A DNA stretch of 45,344 nucleotides, taken from positions 1-45,344 of the forward strand of contig CAYLXG010000002.1 in the NCBI GenBank assembly GCA_964387445.1, read 5' to 3'. Shown here in pieces: positions 17,648 to 27,256 of the stretch. The notes beneath the pieces were generated by a model, which searched no databases, was not told where the DNA came from, and saw only the letters and a list, made by a program, of their open reading frames with translations. The position numbers and the translations under genes were made by a program. Source of the stretch: an uncultured bacterium (GTDB lineage: Bacteria; Fermentibacterota; Fermentibacteria; Fermentibacterales; JCC-6). How positions within the stretch are numbered: the first letter of the stretch is position 1; each line of letters starts with the position of its first letter.

Positions 17648-18127
17648 CTATTGCTCCCTGAGGATGAGATGGTAGCCGAACTGGGTCTCCACAACATCGG
17701 ACATGCCGCCCACGGGAAGGGCGAATGCCGCTTCTTCGAATGCCGGCACCATAACGCCCCTCCCGAACTCGACCAGCATTCCGCCGTCCTGACCCGAGGG
17801 GCAGTCGGAGTACTCTATGGCAGCCTGTACGAATGTCATCTCACCGCTCTGTATTCTCTGCTGAAGGTCCCTTATGGATTCCTGGGCTTCCTCCTGGGTC
17901 CTGTTGAAGGTCTGATCAACGGCGCAGCCGTCGTAGCAGACTAGTATGTGCCTTGCGGTCACCACGCTGGGGGGGGTGTCCTCCACTGGGATCTCGGCAG
18001 TTTCCACTGTATCGGCAACCTCCGTCGTTTCGTCGGTGGTGGTATCCGCGGCATCGTCGGCCGGTTCTTCCTGGCCGCAGGCCAGCACCAGGGCAAGCGC
18101 CGCGAAGAGCCATAAAGCTTTTTTCAT
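17648..18127 (-). CDS. parvulin-type peptidyl-prolyl isomerase lipoprotein (PpiC family)
   Basis: MKKALWLFAALALVLACG has the lipobox. ARHILV...CPSGQDGGMLVEFGRGVMVPAFEEAAF...ETQFGYHLI is the rotamase (PpiC) signature. AAGGAG lies 8 nt upstream of the ATG. Confidence 0.8.
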   Translation of the reverse strand: MKKALWLFAALALVLACGQEEPADDAADTTTDETTEVADTVETAEIPVEDTPPSVVTARHILVCYDGCAVDQTFNRTQEEAQESIRDLQQRIQSGEMTFVQAAIEYSDCPSGQDGGMLVEFGRGVMVPAFEEAAFALPVGGMSDVVETQFGYHLILREQ

Positions 18128-18196
18128 ATCTGTCTCCTTTTCTCCTGTGATGCGGAAAATGGTTCCGGAGGGTAAATATAGCCTCTTCAGCCGGAG

Positions 18197-18232
18197 TTGA
18201 CACCGGGAGACCCCGCAAACGATAGTATCGTT
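18197..18232 (+). promoter_or_regulatory. candidate promoter plus 7-1-7 palindrome upstream of the aminotransferase gene
   Basis: TTGACA at 18197-18202, with GATAGT 18 nt downstream. The -10 region lies inside the palindrome AACGATA-G-TATCGTT (18218-18232). Confidence 0.3.
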
Positions 18233-18299
18233 GTTAATGTTGTTTTGATGCTTTTCTCTCCAGTGCCATTTTCGAATAGCGCAGAAAGGAGGTCCAGAC

Positions 18300-19502
18300 T
18301 TGGACCGAGCTTCCTATTTCAGCGACAGGGCGAACGGAATGAAGAGGTCGGTGATCCGCGAACTCCTCAAGCTGACCAACAAGCCCGAGATAATCTCCTT
18401 CGCCGGAGGCCTGCCGGCGCCGGTGACCTTCCCTGTGAAATACGTCAAGAACGCGGTGAACAAGGTGCTGGACGAGGAGGCGGGGAAGGCCCTGCAGTAC
18501 GGGGCCACCGAAGGGGATCCCAGGCTGAAGGGCAAACTCGCCGAGATCATGAGGAAAGACGGCATCGATGCCGACCCTGAGAGGGTCATGGTCACCACCG
18601 CCAGCCAGCAGGGCCTGGAGCTGATGGCCAAGGTCTTCTTCAACCCCGGCGACACATGCGTGGTGGGGCTGCCCACATATCTCGGCGGCCTGCAGGCCAT
18701 CAAGAGCTACGGCGGCGTTCCGGTGGGCGTTGAGCTCGACGAGCACGGAATGATCCCCGAGAAGCTGGTTGAGACCCTGGACCGCCTCGAGGCGGAGGGC
18801 AGAAGACCCAGGCTCATATACATAATCCCCGACTTCCAGAACCCCGCCGGGGTGACCATACCCGCCGAGAGAAGAAGGAAGATCGTCGAGATCGCCAGGG
18901 AACGGGAGTACATAATAGTCGAGGACACCCCGTACAGGCAGATCAGGTTCCGGGGCGAACACCAGCCCACCTTCCAGAGCCTGGCCCCTGAGCGGGTGCT
19001 GAGCCTCTACACTTTCTCCAAGATAATGCTTCCGGGATTCAGGCTCGGCTGGGCCTACGGACCCGACTGGCTGGTTGACAAGATGGTGATGGCGAAGCAG
19101 TCCCTGGACCTCTGCACGCCTCCCTTCAACCAGGCCATCACCTACCACATGCTTGAGGCCGGCGCTCTGGAGGCGGGGCTTAAGGAAACGATCAAGCTCT
19201 ACCACCACAGATGCGACCTGATGCTGGCTGAGCTTGAAAAGAACCTGGGAGACACCCCCGGTGTTACATGGACGAAGCCCGAGGGTGGCCTCTTCCTCTG
19301 GCTCACGGTCCCCGAGGGCGTGAGCACCGACGACATATTCGAGAAGGCCGTGGAGGAGAACGTGGCATACGTTCCGGGAAGCGCCTTCTTCCCCAACAAC
19401 GACAACCACCGTTCCATGAGGCTCAACTTCAGCTACTGCGACGACGACAAGATCATCGAAGGCTGCAGAAGGCTGGGCAAGCTTATAAAGGAAGTCCTCT
19501 AG
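18300..19502 (+). CDS. PLP-dependent aminotransferase, class I/II (2-aminoadipate/aromatic aminotransferase-like)
   Basis: 400 aa. TTG start with AAGGAGG 7 nt upstream. MKRSVIRELLKL...ISFAGGLP is the family N-terminus, and SFSKIMLPGFRLGW holds the PLP-lysine motif. Confidence 0.87.
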   Translation: MDRASYFSDRANGMKRSVIRELLKLTNKPEIISFAGGLPAPVTFPVKYVKNAVNKVLDEEAGKALQYGATEGDPRLKGKLAEIMRKDGIDADPERVMVTTASQQGLELMAKVFFNPGDTCVVGLPTYLGGLQAIKSYGGVPVGVELDEHGMIPEKLVETLDRLEAEGRRPRLIYIIPDFQNPAGVTIPAERRRKIVEIAREREYIIVEDTPYRQIRFRGEHQPTFQSLAPERVLSLYTFSKIMLPGFRLGWAYGPDWLVDKMVMAKQSLDLCTPPFNQAITYHMLEAGALEAGLKETIKLYHHRCDLMLAELEKNLGDTPGVTWTKPEGGLFLWLTVPEGVSTDDIFEKAVEENVAYVPGSAFFPNNDNHRSMRLNFSYCDDDKIIEGCRRLGKLIKEVL

Positions 19503-19517
19503 GGGATCCTTTCATGT

Positions 19518-19546
19518 CCGGGGGCGGCAACGCCCCCGGTTTTTTT
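19518..19546 (+). terminator. rho-independent terminator of the aminotransferase gene
   Basis: CCGGGGGCG-GCAA-CGCCCCCGG gives a 9-bp GC stem with a tetraloop, followed by TTTTTTT. Confidence 0.75.
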
Positions 19547-20736
19547 CAGTGGAAGTTCCCTGTGACGACCCGGCCCAGGAAAAGGTCGGCGTTCCCTCCC
19601 CCGTACGGTCTGTGCTCTCCGATGACATAGTATTCACCGATACCCCTCTCGAAGACCGCCGCCGGGATCTGGTCACCCTCCATGGGGACGGTGACTCCGA
19701 AGATCCATTCTCCGTGGGGATCTGCCTCCGCGAGGAGAACGTCGATGTTCTCGGCTGCGAAGCGGTCCCGGGAGCCTTCCGCCGTCCAGCCGTGGAATAT
19801 GATCCTGCCCTCTCCATCCTGGAGGAGCCCGGTGAAGCAGGTCTGGTCCCTGTAGTGGCGGGCACTCTGCCAGGCCACCGAGAGAGCCGGATCGAACCTC
19901 GCCAGAAGGCCTCTGAGCTTCAGGGTCCCAGGCTCATCGAAGGCACCGGCGCAGATGATGTCGCCGTTCTCCAGCTGGAGGAATCCGTTGATCACCGAAG
20001 TGAACTCGGAACCCGTTTCCAGGTAAGCGCTCCACATCTCGGTTCCGTGGGCGTCAAGCCTTGCCACGGCAATTCCGCCCATGAAAGCGTCCTCTTCGAA
20101 GCTCAGGAGAAAGGTGCCGTCTTCCAGAACCTCCATGGAGGTGTCCTCAAGCTGGAGTTCCGCACGGGCCGGGAGTGTCCGGAGGCCTGTGACCACACCC
20201 CTGTCATCGAGTCTGCCTGTGAAGCAGCTCCTGTCGCCCGATGCATCCATTCCTGTTCCGGCAATGATGAAAGAGCCGTCCGCCAGGGCTTCCATGGAGG
20301 TCACAGCCACCTCGGGATATCCTTCAAGGCCGGCGACGGGTATCTCCACAAGCCCGGCTTCCTCCCCCGGGGGGAGGATCATCAGGGTTACGGGGCCTGG
20401 TCCCAGCCTGCTGCCCTTCAGCGCCGCCAGCTCATCGTTCCTGAAGCAGCACTCCACCCAGTGTTCAAGCACTCCTTCGTCGCCTTCGAGAAGCCTTCTG
20501 CCGGTCTCATTCCCGTACAGGTCCAGGTCCACGAGACTCCAGCTCCAGCTATTTTCCGACCAGTTGAAGACCACCACCCGGAATCCCTGCAGATCATAGG
20601 TGACAGTGCATTCCACAGGGTGGTCGTCACCGGGCCATGGGACCTCCTCGAATGAACGCCACCGGACCTCGCCTTCAGGAACGCCTGACATCGCAGCGGC
20701 TCCCATGAGGAGAACAAGGACGAATATCCTTATCAT
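19546..20736 (-). CDS. secreted hypothetical protein, possibly beta-propeller-like
   Basis: 396 aa with an N-terminal signal peptide (MIRIFVLVLLMGAAAMSG). It has recurring DG-x-(F/I)-(I/L)-x-(A/S)-G-like strand patterns and an acidic, aromatic-rich composition. Confidence 0.6.
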   Translation of the reverse strand: MIRIFVLVLLMGAAAMSGVPEGEVRWRSFEEVPWPGDDHPVECTVTYDLQGFRVVVFNWSENSWSWSLVDLDLYGNETGRRLLEGDEGVLEHWVECCFRNDELAALKGSRLGPGPVTLMILPPGEEAGLVEIPVAGLEGYPEVAVTSMEALADGSFIIAGTGMDASGDRSCFTGRLDDRGVVTGLRTLPARAELQLEDTSMEVLEDGTFLLSFEEDAFMGGIAVARLDAHGTEMWSAYLETGSEFTSVINGFLQLENGDIICAGAFDEPGTLKLRGLLARFDPALSVAWQSARHYRDQTCFTGLLQDGEGRIIFHGWTAEGSRDRFAAENIDVLLAEADPHGEWIFGVTVPMEGDQIPAAVFERGIGEYYVIGEHRPYGGGNADLFLGRVVTGNFH

Positions 20737-20803
20737 GATGGATCCCCCTTTCCGGGTTAAACATACTCAAGCTGCCCTTTGACATGGAGGTCCCCATTTA
20801 AGA

Positions 20804-21523
20804 ATGTATTGCATACACCCGGTCAGGAAGGGAACAGCACCTTTGAACTCCCCAGTGGGAAACCTCCTTGAAAGAAAGAGGCTCATAGAGAGGATAGACT
20901 CCCTCAACCAGAGGGCACTCTCCCTCTCCACCGAAAGACCCGCCGAGAGCCTTGAGACCGCGGGTAAGGCCGAGGCCCTTGCCCTGGGGGCCAGCTATCC
21001 CAGGGGCACCGCCGCAGCCGCCCACACAGCGGCTCTCTTCCACCTGAGGAGCGGAGACCTCCAGTCCGCGGTGAAGAAGGGCAGGGAAGCCCTGGACATC
21101 TTCACCCAGCTTGAGGACAGGGACGGGATGAGCAGCACGCTGAACACCCTGGGCATTGCCTACAGGAACATTGGAAGCTTTGACCGCGGGCTGGACTGCC
21201 TCATGAAGTCACTTAAGATCGAATCCGCGAAGAACAGCCTCAGGAACCTGGTGAAGCTCTACGGGAACATCGGGAACATCTTCGACAGCATGGGACAGTA
21301 CAGCGACGGGCTGCATTACTACACGAAATGCCTCTCCATAGCCCAGCAGCTCTCCGACGAGAACGCCACAGCCGACGCCCACTCCAACCTGGGCACCTGC
21401 TACCACCATCTGGGGGAATACGAGAAGAGCGCCCAGTATCAAGGTAAGGCTGAACATGAAGCTGGAGACAGCCAGGATATGCAATACGATAGGAAACCTC
21501 TGCACCATCCTGGGAAACCATGA
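20804..21523 (+). CDS. TPR-repeat protein, apparently the N-terminal part of a frameshifted TPR-GGDEF gene
   Basis: Repeats of type LNTLGIAYRNIGSFDRGL, YGNIGNIFDSMGQYSDGL and HSNLGTCYHHLGEYEKSA. After about 21450 the frame turns into non-repeat sequence, while the TPR pattern continues in the next frame. Confidence 0.6.
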   Translation: MYCIHPVRKGTAPLNSPVGNLLERKRLIERIDSLNQRALSLSTERPAESLETAGKAEALALGASYPRGTAAAAHTAALFHLRSGDLQSAVKKGREALDIFTQLEDRDGMSSTLNTLGIAYRNIGSFDRGLDCLMKSLKIESAKNSLRNLVKLYGNIGNIFDSMGQYSDGLHYYTKCLSIAQQLSDENATADAHSNLGTCYHHLGEYEKSAQYQGKAEHEAGDSQDMQYDRKPLHHPGKP

Positions 21524-22310
21524 AGAGGCCTCCGAGTACCTCGAGCGGGGCAGGAGGCTTGCCGGGGAGGTGAATTCCCAGACCGCCATTCGGGAGAACC
21601 TGGCATACCTGTCCAGCCTTGCCAGGGCAAAGGGGGACTGGGAGAGGGCCTTCAGGCACCATCTTGCATTCCACAACCTCGACAAGCAGATATTCAACTC
21701 CACCAGGATAGCAAGCATGGAGGCCCAGCTGGAGATAATGACCAGCGAACTCTACTCCGCCAACAGGAAGCTGGAGGAGGCCAATGCCAGGCTCAGCACC
21801 ATGTCCGTAACCGACGGTCTAACAGGGATCAGCAACAGGCGCAGGTTCGAGGAGTACCTGGGAACCGAGTGGAACAGGTGCATGAGAAGGTCTTCTTCCA
21901 TCTCCCTCATCATGGTGGACATCGACTTCTTCAAGCTCTACAATGACACCTACGGTCACATAACCGGGGACCAGTGCCTGAAGACCGTTGCGGAAGCCCT
22001 GGCCTCCACCGCCAGGAGATCCACAGACCTGGTGGCCCGCTACGGAGGAGAGGAGTTCGCCATCGTGCTGTCGGATACCGACCCCCAGGGTGCGGTTCAG
22101 GTGGCAAGGGCGGCTTCCTGCGCGGTGAGAACACTGGGCATACCCCACTCCGCCTCGAGGATATCCGACAGGGTAACCGTAAGCATAGGTCTGGCATCAA
22201 TGGTGCCCTCCGCCCAGGATCCCTGCAGCGATCTGGTGAGCAGGGCGGACAGGGCGCTGTACTTCTCCAAGAGCCATGGCAGGGACAGGATCACCATGTA
22301 CGAAAGCTGA
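21456..22310 (+). CDS. diguanylate cyclase (TPR remnant + coiled coil + GGDEF domain)
   Basis: 284 aa. DGLTGISNRRRFEE, MVDIDFFKLYNDTYGH, and the RSTD I-site 5 residues before the GGEEF active site. The N-terminal CNTIGNLCTILGNHEEA continues the upstream TPR series. Confidence 0.88.
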   Translation: MKLETARICNTIGNLCTILGNHEEASEYLERGRRLAGEVNSQTAIRENLAYLSSLARAKGDWERAFRHHLAFHNLDKQIFNSTRIASMEAQLEIMTSELYSANRKLEEANARLSTMSVTDGLTGISNRRRFEEYLGTEWNRCMRRSSSISLIMVDIDFFKLYNDTYGHITGDQCLKTVAEALASTARRSTDLVARYGGEEFAIVLSDTDPQGAVQVARAASCAVRTLGIPHSASRISDRVTVSIGLASMVPSAQDPCSDLVSRADRALYFSKSHGRDRITMYES

Positions 22311-22407
22311 TGGACCCTTCGGGTCTGTTCAATCCTTTTCCCGGCTGATATGTTCTCCACTGAAACAAAGAAGCAACCGATAGACCATAAGAGAAGGGAA
22401 ACCGCAG

Positions 22408-23382
22408 ATGGACCTTTCAACGGTATACATGAGCCTGAAACTTCGCAATCCCCTGATAGTGGGCAGCTCCGGCCTCACAGGCTCCGTGGACAAGGTTAGG
22501 GAATGCGCCGACGCAGGTGCAGGGGCCGTGGTTCTCAAATCACTCTTCGAGGAACAGATAGAGGCCGAACTCGGTCACCTTTCCGGCGACAGATGGTACC
22601 CTGAAGCCGCGGACTACATCGACAACTACGGTCTCGAGAACGCCCTGGGGAAGTACCTCGAACTCCTGGAGGGCTCCAGGAAGGCCACGGACATACCGGT
22701 GATACCCAGCATACACTGCTTCGGCACCGGGAAGTGGGTGGAGTTCGCAAGGAAGCTTGAGAGCGCAGGTGCTTCCGCCATAGAACTCAACGCCTTCATC
22801 CTTCCCTCGGATCCCAGGAGGACCGGAAGGGAGAACGAGAACGTCATACTTGACATCGTGAGCGACATCAAGTCCCAGGTGTCCATACCGGTGGCGGTGA
22901 AGATCGGTTCCCACTTCTCCAGCATCTCAAGCTTCATCAGGGAGCTCGACGGGAACGGCATCGACGGTATAGTCCTCTTCAACAGGTTCTTCAGCATAGA
23001 CTTCGACATAGAGAACCTGAAGGTGGTCGACGGCTCTCCCTATTCCAGCCCTGAAGAGACCCAGTCGGTGCTCAGGTGGACCAGCCTTCTCTCCCCCATG
23101 GTCTCCTGCGACCTCTGCTCCACGACCGGCATCCACGACGGCTCCGCCGTGGTGAAGCACCTCCTTGCCGGGGCCAGCGCCGTTCAGGTTTCCTCGGCCA
23201 TTTATCTGAACGGTCTCGGGATCATCGCCGAGATGCACGGCTTCCTCGCCGCATGGATGAAGGAACACAACTACGGCTCGATAGATGACTTCAGGGGAAG
23301 GCTCTCGGCCTCCAGGTCGGGCAATCCCGCAGAGGTGAGCAGGGTTCAGTTCATGAAGACCTCGGTGAAGGCCAGGGACTAG
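22408..23382 (+). CDS. dihydroorotate dehydrogenase-like TIM-barrel flavoprotein
   Basis: 324 aa. LRNPLIVGSSGLTG, AGAVVLKSLFEEQ, IELNAF, IPVAVKI and DGIVLFNRF resemble class 1 DHOD-like proteins. I cannot verify a true PyrD function. Confidence 0.65.
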   Translation: MDLSTVYMSLKLRNPLIVGSSGLTGSVDKVRECADAGAGAVVLKSLFEEQIEAELGHLSGDRWYPEAADYIDNYGLENALGKYLELLEGSRKATDIPVIPSIHCFGTGKWVEFARKLESAGASAIELNAFILPSDPRRTGRENENVILDIVSDIKSQVSIPVAVKIGSHFSSISSFIRELDGNGIDGIVLFNRFFSIDFDIENLKVVDGSPYSSPEETQSVLRWTSLLSPMVSCDLCSTTGIHDGSAVVKHLLAGASAVQVSSAIYLNGLGIIAEMHGFLAAWMKEHNYGSIDDFRGRLSASRSGNPAEVSRVQFMKTSVKARD

Positions 23383-24176
23383 CCCCTCCGGGAGACCAGC
23401 CAGCTTCCGGCGGCGGAGAGCAGCAGCCCCGCCGCGAAGTGAAGTGTGGGGGCCTCGTCAATGATCGCAATCGCCAGAACCGTTGCCACCGCCGGTTTCA
23501 TGAGGAACATGGTGGAGGCGTTCCCCGCTCCCATGGTCTTAATCGTGCTTATGTAGGCAACATAGCCGATACCGCTGACACCGGCGCCAAGGTATAGGAA
23601 AACCGGCAGGTGGGGACCCAGGGGAGCCGGACTCAGGCTCACTCCGTTGAGAATGAGCCATGCCGCCAGACCGGCAAGCCCGAAGGCAAAGGAAACGGTG
23701 TTCACCGTGAACGGATCCGCCTTCAGGGATGCCTTTCTCCCGAGTATGGTGTAGAGGGAGAAAGCAGCCGCCGCCAGCAGAGCGTATACGGTGCCCTTGT
23801 CAACGGCCATCCTGTGGGCACCTGTAACGAGGATAAGCCCAGCTGTACCGATCACGAGACCCACGATTCGCCTTCGCCCCAGTTTCTCCCAGCCCATGAC
23901 CCAGGCGAGAACCACCACGATCACAGGGTTGAAGCAGAAAACGGCGGCGGCCCTGGCGGCCTGGGTGTGCTTGACCGCAAGCTGCAGAAGGGCCATGCTG
24001 AGAAAGGTGTTCAGAAGACCCATCACCGCCAGGATCAGCAGGGACCTCCGGTCAGGGAGCGGCTTTCTTTTCGCCGCCATGAAGGAACCCACTACGGCGA
24101 GCCCGCAGGCAAACCTCCAGAAGGTGAGCACCATGGGGTCCACGGTTCCCATGAGGGGCTTGCTGAATACCTCCAT
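23379..24176 (-). CDS. EamA/DMT-family transporter
   Basis: 265 aa with about 9-10 hydrophobic helices in two EamA-like halves. In-frame sequence upstream of the ATG (LRIITYFVALLLFAS) looks like a missing first helix but has no canonical start codon. Confidence 0.75.
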   Translation of the reverse strand: MEVFSKPLMGTVDPMVLTFWRFACGLAVVGSFMAAKRKPLPDRRSLLILAVMGLLNTFLSMALLQLAVKHTQAARAAAVFCFNPVIVVVLAWVMGWEKLGRRRIVGLVIGTAGLILVTGAHRMAVDKGTVYALLAAAAFSLYTILGRKASLKADPFTVNTVSFAFGLAGLAAWLILNGVSLSPAPLGPHLPVFLYLGAGVSGIGYVAYISTIKTMGAGNASTMFLMKPAVATVLAIAIIDEAPTLHFAAGLLLSAAGSWLVSRRG

Positions 24177-24236
24177 GGAGGCGAAGAGAAGGAGGGCGAC
24201 AAAATAGGTTATTATTCTCAGGACTGCTCCGGGATA

Positions 24237-24263
24237 GGGGGAAGGAACCGGTATCCTTCCCCC
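24237..24263 (-). terminator. perfect 10-bp GC-rich hairpin between pgk::tpi and the EamA gene (terminator-like, no U tract)
   Basis: GGGGGAAGGA-ACCGGTA-TCCTTCCCCC, 14 nt downstream of the pgk::tpi stop on the minus strand. No T-run follows on that strand. Confidence 0.3.
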
Positions 24264-24276
24264 GTTCTTCTGGTCT

Positions 24277-26226
24277 TCAGCGGGATTCCGCCACTATCTC
24301 TATGAATCCGTCGGCCTTCAGACTGGCGCCTCCCACCAGTGCTCCGTTCACATCGGGAGACTTCATGATCTCCCTGGCGTTCTCCGGTTTCACGCTTCCA
24401 CCGTAGATGATCCTCAGCGCCGCGGCGAAGTCCTCCCCTGCGGCATCGGCGACCCACTCCCGTATCAGGGCGTGCATCCTCTGGGCTTCAGAGGGGGTTG
24501 CCGTTCTGCCGGTGCCTATGGCCCATACTGGCTCGTAGGCGATGACAAGATTGTAGGGAGAAGCGCAGTCCAGGCCTTCAAGGGCGGAGCGTATCTGCCC
24601 CTTCACCACCTCTTCGGTCCTGCCCTCTTCCCTCTCTTCCAGAAGCTCTCCAACACAGAGAACTCCGCAGAGGCCCGCGTTCAGCCCGGCTTCCAGTTTC
24701 TTTCTGACTATGGTGTCACCTTCTCCGATAAGGTGCCGCCTCTCGCTGTGGCCGGCCAGGAACCAGGAGCATCCTGCTTCCTGGAGCATCCGGGAACTTA
24801 TCTCCCCGGTGTATGCTCCCTCCTCCTCCCAGAAGATGTCCTGGGCCCCCAGGGCTATCCCGGCCTTGTCCGCCAGGGGAGCGAAGGAACGCATCAGGGT
24901 GAAAGGGGCGAAAAGAGCAACATCGGCGCCGAAATAGTTGATGTTGCACTCGTCCATGGCGGTGAGCCAGTCCATTCCCGACTCGTAGGTGCCGTTCATC
25001 TTCCAGTTGGCCCCCACGAAGGGCTTCACCCCGTCTATCCTCAGGTGCTCGAGGGCTGGCAGCTCCTCCCCCTGAAGCAGCTTCAGGGAAGCCCCGCCGC
25101 CGGTTGACACATGGGTGATCTGGTCGGCAACGCCCGCCTCCCTCACTGCGCGCATGCTGTCGCCCCCTCCCACCACCGCGTCTGAACCGAAGCTGGTGGC
25201 ATCTGCCATGCAGGCCGCCAGTTTCCTGGTACCCACGTCGAAGGGGGGGACCTCGAAGAGCCCCATGGGCCCGTTCCAGACTATCGTCCTGCTCTCCATA
25301 ACGGTGGTTCTGAAGAGCTCTATGGTCTCTGGGCCTATGTCGAAGCCTGCCATGTCCGGCGGAAGCCGGTCATGGGGGTATGCCCTGGCCCCTTTGGTGT
25401 CTTCCGGTGATGCGGCGCAGACTATATCCACGGGAAGCAGTATCCTGACCCCCCTGCTCTCGGCGGCCTTGAGGATATCGCCGGCGGTCTGCACCCGGTC
25501 CTCCTCCACTATGCTCTTTCCTGTTTCCAGGCCCATGGCCCTGTAGAAGGTGAATGCCATGGCTCCGCCTACGATGAGGTTGTCCAGCTTGGGAAGGACG
25601 TGTTCGATCAGGGCCACCTTGTCGCTTACCTTGACCCCTCCGAGGATCACCGTATAGGGCTTCCTCGGGTGCGCGATGAGCTCACCGAAGACCCTGAGTT
25701 CCTTCTCCACGAGGAAACCCACGTATCCGCCTCCAAGGATCTCGGGAATGCCCACCATGGAAGCGTGCTCCCTGTGGCTGGTTCCGAATGCGTCGTTTAC
25801 ATAGATGTCGCCCAGGGCGGCCAGGCTGGCGGCGAAGTCCCTGTCGTTGGCTTCCTCCTCGGGATGGAACCTGAGGTTCTCCAGGACCAGTATCTCCCCG
25901 GGGGCCAGCCCCGCGGCCATGGCTTCCACCCTTTTCCCCATGCAGTCCTGGGCGAAGAGTATCCTGGTCTCGCTGAGCATTTCCCTGAGCTTCACGGCAA
26001 CGGGTTTCATGCTGTACCTGGGATCTGGCTTGCCGTCCGGCCGGCCCAGGTGGGAAGCCAGGACTATGGGGGAGCCCTGCTCGATGAGATGCCTTATGGT
26101 CCTCAGCACAGAGCGTATCCTGGTGTCGTCGAGAACGACCCCGTCCTCGATGGGAACGTTCAGGTCCGCCCGGAGGAATATCCGTTTCCCCCCGGTCTTC
26201 AGGTCTCTGATGGAGGGATATCTCAT
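24277..26226 (-). CDS. pgk/tpiA: bifunctional phosphoglycerate kinase / triosephosphate isomerase fusion
   Basis: A single 649-aa ORF. The N-terminal ~400 aa are PGK (RADLNVPIEDG, ASHLGRPDGK, STGGGASL). The C-terminal ~250 aa are TIM (GANWKMNG, GHSERR, AYEPVWAIGTG). Confidence 0.9.
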   Translation of the reverse strand: MRYPSIRDLKTGGKRIFLRADLNVPIEDGVVLDDTRIRSVLRTIRHLIEQGSPIVLASHLGRPDGKPDPRYSMKPVAVKLREMLSETRILFAQDCMGKRVEAMAAGLAPGEILVLENLRFHPEEEANDRDFAASLAALGDIYVNDAFGTSHREHASMVGIPEILGGGYVGFLVEKELRVFGELIAHPRKPYTVILGGVKVSDKVALIEHVLPKLDNLIVGGAMAFTFYRAMGLETGKSIVEEDRVQTAGDILKAAESRGVRILLPVDIVCAASPEDTKGARAYPHDRLPPDMAGFDIGPETIELFRTTVMESRTIVWNGPMGLFEVPPFDVGTRKLAACMADATSFGSDAVVGGGDSMRAVREAGVADQITHVSTGGGASLKLLQGEELPALEHLRIDGVKPFVGANWKMNGTYESGMDWLTAMDECNINYFGADVALFAPFTLMRSFAPLADKAGIALGAQDIFWEEEGAYTGEISSRMLQEAGCSWFLAGHSERRHLIGEGDTIVRKKLEAGLNAGLCGVLCVGELLEEREEGRTEEVVKGQIRSALEGLDCASPYNLVIAYEPVWAIGTGRTATPSEAQRMHALIREWVADAAGEDFAAALRIIYGGSVKPENAREIMKSPDVNGALVGGASLKADGFIEIVAESR

Positions 26227-26227
26227 C

Positions 26228-27256
<1,029 letters not shown>

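Noticed and set aside
18234-19409. 391-aa ORF antisense to the aminotransferase gene
   Set aside because: No recognisable motifs, and a G/L/V/H/P/R-rich composition typical of antisense frames in GC-rich DNA. The plus-strand gene has a perfect SD and clear PLP-aminotransferase motifs.
19549-20655. 368-aa plus-strand ORF mirroring the 396-aa secreted-protein gene
   Set aside because: It lies in the codon-aligned antisense register of the minus-strand ORF. The minus-strand ORF has a signal peptide and, by eye, a higher third-position G+C. There is no motif or SD for the plus ORF. Residual uncertainty remains because neither product has a known family.
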